Positions 62,901-64,000 of a DNA stretch of 64,000 nt are shown here, one piece after another; the stretch's first letter is position 1; each line of letters starts with the position of its first letter. The position numbers and the translations under genes were made by a program. Source of the DNA: Nitrospirae bacterium GWF2_44_13 (GTDB lineage Bacteria > Nitrospirota > Thermodesulfovibrionia > Thermodesulfovibrionales > UBA1546). Under the pieces are notes generated by a model. It was not told where the DNA came from and did not search any database. It worked only from the letters and a program-made list of their open reading frames with translations. Where the stretch lies: positions 208,778 through 272,777 of the forward strand of contig MHEE01000015.1 in the NCBI GenBank assembly GCA_001805105.1. Direction: 5' to 3'.

Positions 62901-63105
62901 CCTCCCAAAACTTGAGGGTTTTGTCGTAACTCCCTGACGACAGTGCAAATCTGCCATCGGGGGAGAAAACAACGGAATTAACAGTCCCCGAATGCCCCAT
63001 CTGCACAAAAATCTCCGGTTTCTCCGCGGCAGCGCTTGATTTTGAGAAAAGCACAAGCAGAAAAAGACTTATAAATACTTTCTTTGCAAGAGAGGTTCTA
63101 TACAT
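59917..63105 (-). CDS. Secreted 14xWD40-repeat protein with a C-terminal caspase-like (peptidase C14) domain
   Basis: Signal peptide MYRTSLAKKVFISLFLLVLFSKSSAAA. There are fourteen GH...WD/WE units, some near-identical. The C-terminal domain has SHG and DTCSAG (His/Cys dyad). I start at the ATG at 63105 with GGAGG upstream. Confidence 0.85.
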   Translation of the reverse strand: MYRTSLAKKVFISLFLLVLFSKSSAAAEKPEIFVQMGHSGTVNSVVFSPDGRFALSSGSYDKTLKFWEVATGKEIRTFSGHTDKVSSVAFSPDGRYALSGGWDKALKLWDIASGKEIRTFTGHRSWIASVAFSPDGKYALSGAGGGVDDDHTLKLWEVETGKEIRTFSGHTDKVSSVAFSPNGRYVLSGSSDKTLKLWDVATGKEVKTFEEGTKYVYSVSFSPDGRYALSGGGGDTLKLWDISTGKEIRQFAMERVIGGVDSVVFSPDGKYALSGSWELILWEVATGKEIRTFKGHTASVSSVAFSPDGRYALSGSEDKTLILWEVATGKEIRTFSGHSIKVSSVAFSPNGVYAGGEDGILRLWDISTGKKTKVFTGHSSWISSIALSPDGKYVLSGSQDVTFKLWDIETGKEIKQFTGHKSMVNSAAFSPDGKYVLSGHLDATLKLWDAETSKEIRTFTGHTNLIGGVTSVAFSPDGKYALSGDSKGIKLWDISTGQEIRTFLTRGFSASFSPDGRYVLSGSVDGTITIWDILTGKEIRKFPEFSYGWLKSLAFSPDGNYALSGDENYHPLRLWDISTEKKIRTFLGHTRYVTSIAFSPDSRYAFSGSADGTTRIWDINTGKELAQFISFTDGEWIVITPEGYYNSSANGDKHLNVRIGNNVYGIENYREAFYRPDLVKLALSGGSLKDFKTLADVKQPPVVTLVDTPKSTDKNVAAITLKITDIGGGIGDIRLYLNGSAVVLDSARGVKIIPKDDKAVYKAVYKVYNLKLSNGLNTIRAIAFNGENTMQSNDVLYEITATFKSLTKPSLNAIIVGINEYKNPKLQLKYAVSDAELFEDTLKKVTAGLFEKVNIKKLVTKEKTTNESIIKELKAYKSLNPDDVFVFFVASHGTVDNGEYFLITSNVGSTRTEKLKTDALPQGMLKELIANIPVTKKLIIIDTCSAGALGEAIQVAMLTRGMSEDTAMKILSRAVGSTILSASTSLQEAVEGYQGHGLFTYVLVEGLKGKADKGKTGYVKTTELADYVDSEVPVLAERVFKKAQYPTISISGQAFPIGKTGK

Positions 63106-63140
63106 CTTGCACCTCCAAGTTCTTGAAATCAACTATCTGG

Positions 63141-63183
63141 ATTCCCGCCTGAGTTTATCCCGCAGTTGATGCGGGGCGGGAAT
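63141..63183. repeat. Nested hairpin element ATTCCCGCC...CCCGCA-gttga-TGCGGG...GGCGGGAAT in the 5' leader of the WD40-caspase gene
   Basis: Perfect 9-bp outer and 6-bp inner inverted repeats, read directly. Confidence 0.8.
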
Positions 63184-63213
63184 GACGGAATTAGCTGTTT
63201 TTCATGCTCTCAA

Positions 63214-63240
63214 ATTATATCAGCGCACCCTTTTTGTCAA
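63214..63240 (-). promoter_or_regulatory. Promoter-like module TTGACA-N15-(TG-A-)TATAAT upstream of the WD40-caspase gene
   Basis: The minus strand reads TTGACAAAAAGGGTGCGCTGATATAAT, which carries an extended -10 TGATATAAT. Confidence 0.5.
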
Positions 63241-63274
63241 GGTAATTTTCACATCACGAAAACAAATCAGAATT

Positions 63275-63646
63275 TTATGTTATAGGTAGTTTTCTGATAC
63301 GATACTCTTTTTCATCTATTGATATAATTGCCCCTTCAGCCAGTTCGGTTTTAATTAACGGCAACACTGTTATTAGAAGCCTTGTGATTATATCAGGCTT
63401 AGCATTATCTACACGCAATGAAATAACACTCGGCCAGTTAAGTCCGCTTTATGCAATTAGCGCAGAAAAATCCAGATCCTGCGTGATAATTACGGCTTGT
63501 TCCCGATATGCCAATTGGATAATCTCAGCATCTGAAGATGTAGCCGGAAGTTTATCTGTGACACGGACAATGTTGTAGCCTCTATTTTTTAACTCTTGAA
63601 TGGTGATGGGAGATATGTGGATATCTGCTATAAACTTAAATTCCAT
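63275..63646 (-). pseudogene. DUF5615 (PIN/Mut7-C-like) toxin-like gene interrupted by one in-frame TAA
   Basis: MEFKFIADIHISP...ITQDLDFSALIA, then TAA at 63449-63451, then an in-frame continuation SGLNWPSVISLRVDNAKPD...RKLPIT to 63275. The combined length is the ~122 aa I recall as typical for the family. Confidence 0.6.
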
Positions 63647-63651
63647 ATCCT

Positions 63652-63891
63652 TTATTCGGCATAGGCATGAATAGGACGATGATACTCGCCTGCAAGCCAC
63701 GCCGCATATTCAATAACCTGAAGGATATCTTCTTTCTCAAGCTCGGGATACGCCTTAAGGGTTTCTTCATGCGTCATGCCGGAAGCCAAAAGTTTGAGCA
63801 CAAAGGCAACAGTTATACGCATCCCGCGTATGATAGGTTGTCCCATACAAACTTCCGGATTGACGGTTATACGATCAAATAGTTTAGCCAT
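63652..63891 (-). CDS. DUF433 antitoxin-like protein
   Basis: ITVNPEVCMGQPIIRGMRITV...ILKAYPELEKEDI is the DUF433 signature. It lies 5 nt upstream of the DUF5615 gene. Confidence 0.8.
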   Translation of the reverse strand: MAKLFDRITVNPEVCMGQPIIRGMRITVAFVLKLLASGMTHEETLKAYPELEKEDILQVIEYAAWLAGEYHRPIHAYAE

Positions 63892-63944
63892 GGCAAATCC
63901 TCCTTTAGAAGTATTATATCAATCCTCACATCCGAATTGCACAA

Positions 63945-63972
63945 AATTATATCAACGCCCTCTTTCCCGTCA
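63945..63972 (-). promoter_or_regulatory. Second copy of the promoter-like module (TTGACG-N16-TATAAT with TGATATAAT) upstream of the DUF433 gene
   Basis: The minus strand reads TTGACGGGAAAGAGGGCGTTGATATAAT. It is ~80% identical over ~45 nt to the module at 63205-63262. Confidence 0.5.
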
Positions 63973-64000
63973 AGGTAATTTTCATATATCATAATTTTCA

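Noticed and set aside
61211-62929. A series of plus-strand ORFs (61211-61399, 61640-61912, 61931-62458, 62218-62418, 62621-62929) with repetitive SGEKATE-like translations
   Set aside because: They are antisense reading frames through the WD40 repeats of the 1062-aa minus-strand gene. Their repetitiveness simply mirrors the WD40 units. They have no SDs and no independent support.

Overview
This window looks like core chromosome from an anaerobic, sulfite/sulfate-reducing, Wood-Ljungdahl-type bacterium. The phylum cannot be fixed from sequence alone; the content would fit Thermodesulfovibrionia/Nitrospirota or Desulfobacterota. No transposase, integrase, CRISPR array or rRNA is visible.

Gene content, left to right:
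- acsD(partial)-acsC-acsB-cooS CODH/ACS genes, followed by a NuoE/NuoF/ferredoxin/NuoG-like redox module.
- An orphan MshEN-type GspE ATPase with a CheY and a zinc-ribbon protein, then nfnAB.
- scpA, then an amidase / MamK-like actin / pseudo-receiver-SPOR trio.
- The mercury-methylation pair hgcAB, then mutS and a TerC-family gene with a structured leader.
- An inositol-phospholipid pair (MIPS plus CDP-alcohol phosphatidyltransferase), tRNA-Pro(GGG), MerR and IHF.
- ubiD-family decarboxylase, kup, dsrABD-dsrN, fmt/def.
- A TPP-riboswitch-controlled thiSGEC operon, larB, gpsA, and yceD-rpmF-plsX-fabH.
- lexA with a Cheo-type operator, cca, two orphan ABC permeases, a DksA-like protein with a lysine-rich tail, an FHA protein, hpt, queD, pmbA.
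- A 1062-aa secreted 14xWD40-caspase fusion and a DUF433/DUF5615 toxin-antitoxin-like pair.

The most unusual points:
1. A MamK-like filament gene embedded with septal peptidoglycan functions and no magnetosome genes.
2. hgcAB in the same window as both the corrinoid/acetyl-CoA and dsr machinery.
3. A pervasive family of degenerate heptanucleotide tandem arrays. They are reminiscent of cyanobacterial STRR repeats and are often hairpin-forming. They fill operon spacers and are also inserted in frame into ubiD, thiE and dsrN.
4. The signal-peptide-bearing WD40-caspase protein.
5. A strongly SD-preceded 34-aa hydrophobic ORF immediately downstream of lexA.

All homology calls are by-eye motif recognition; no searches were run.
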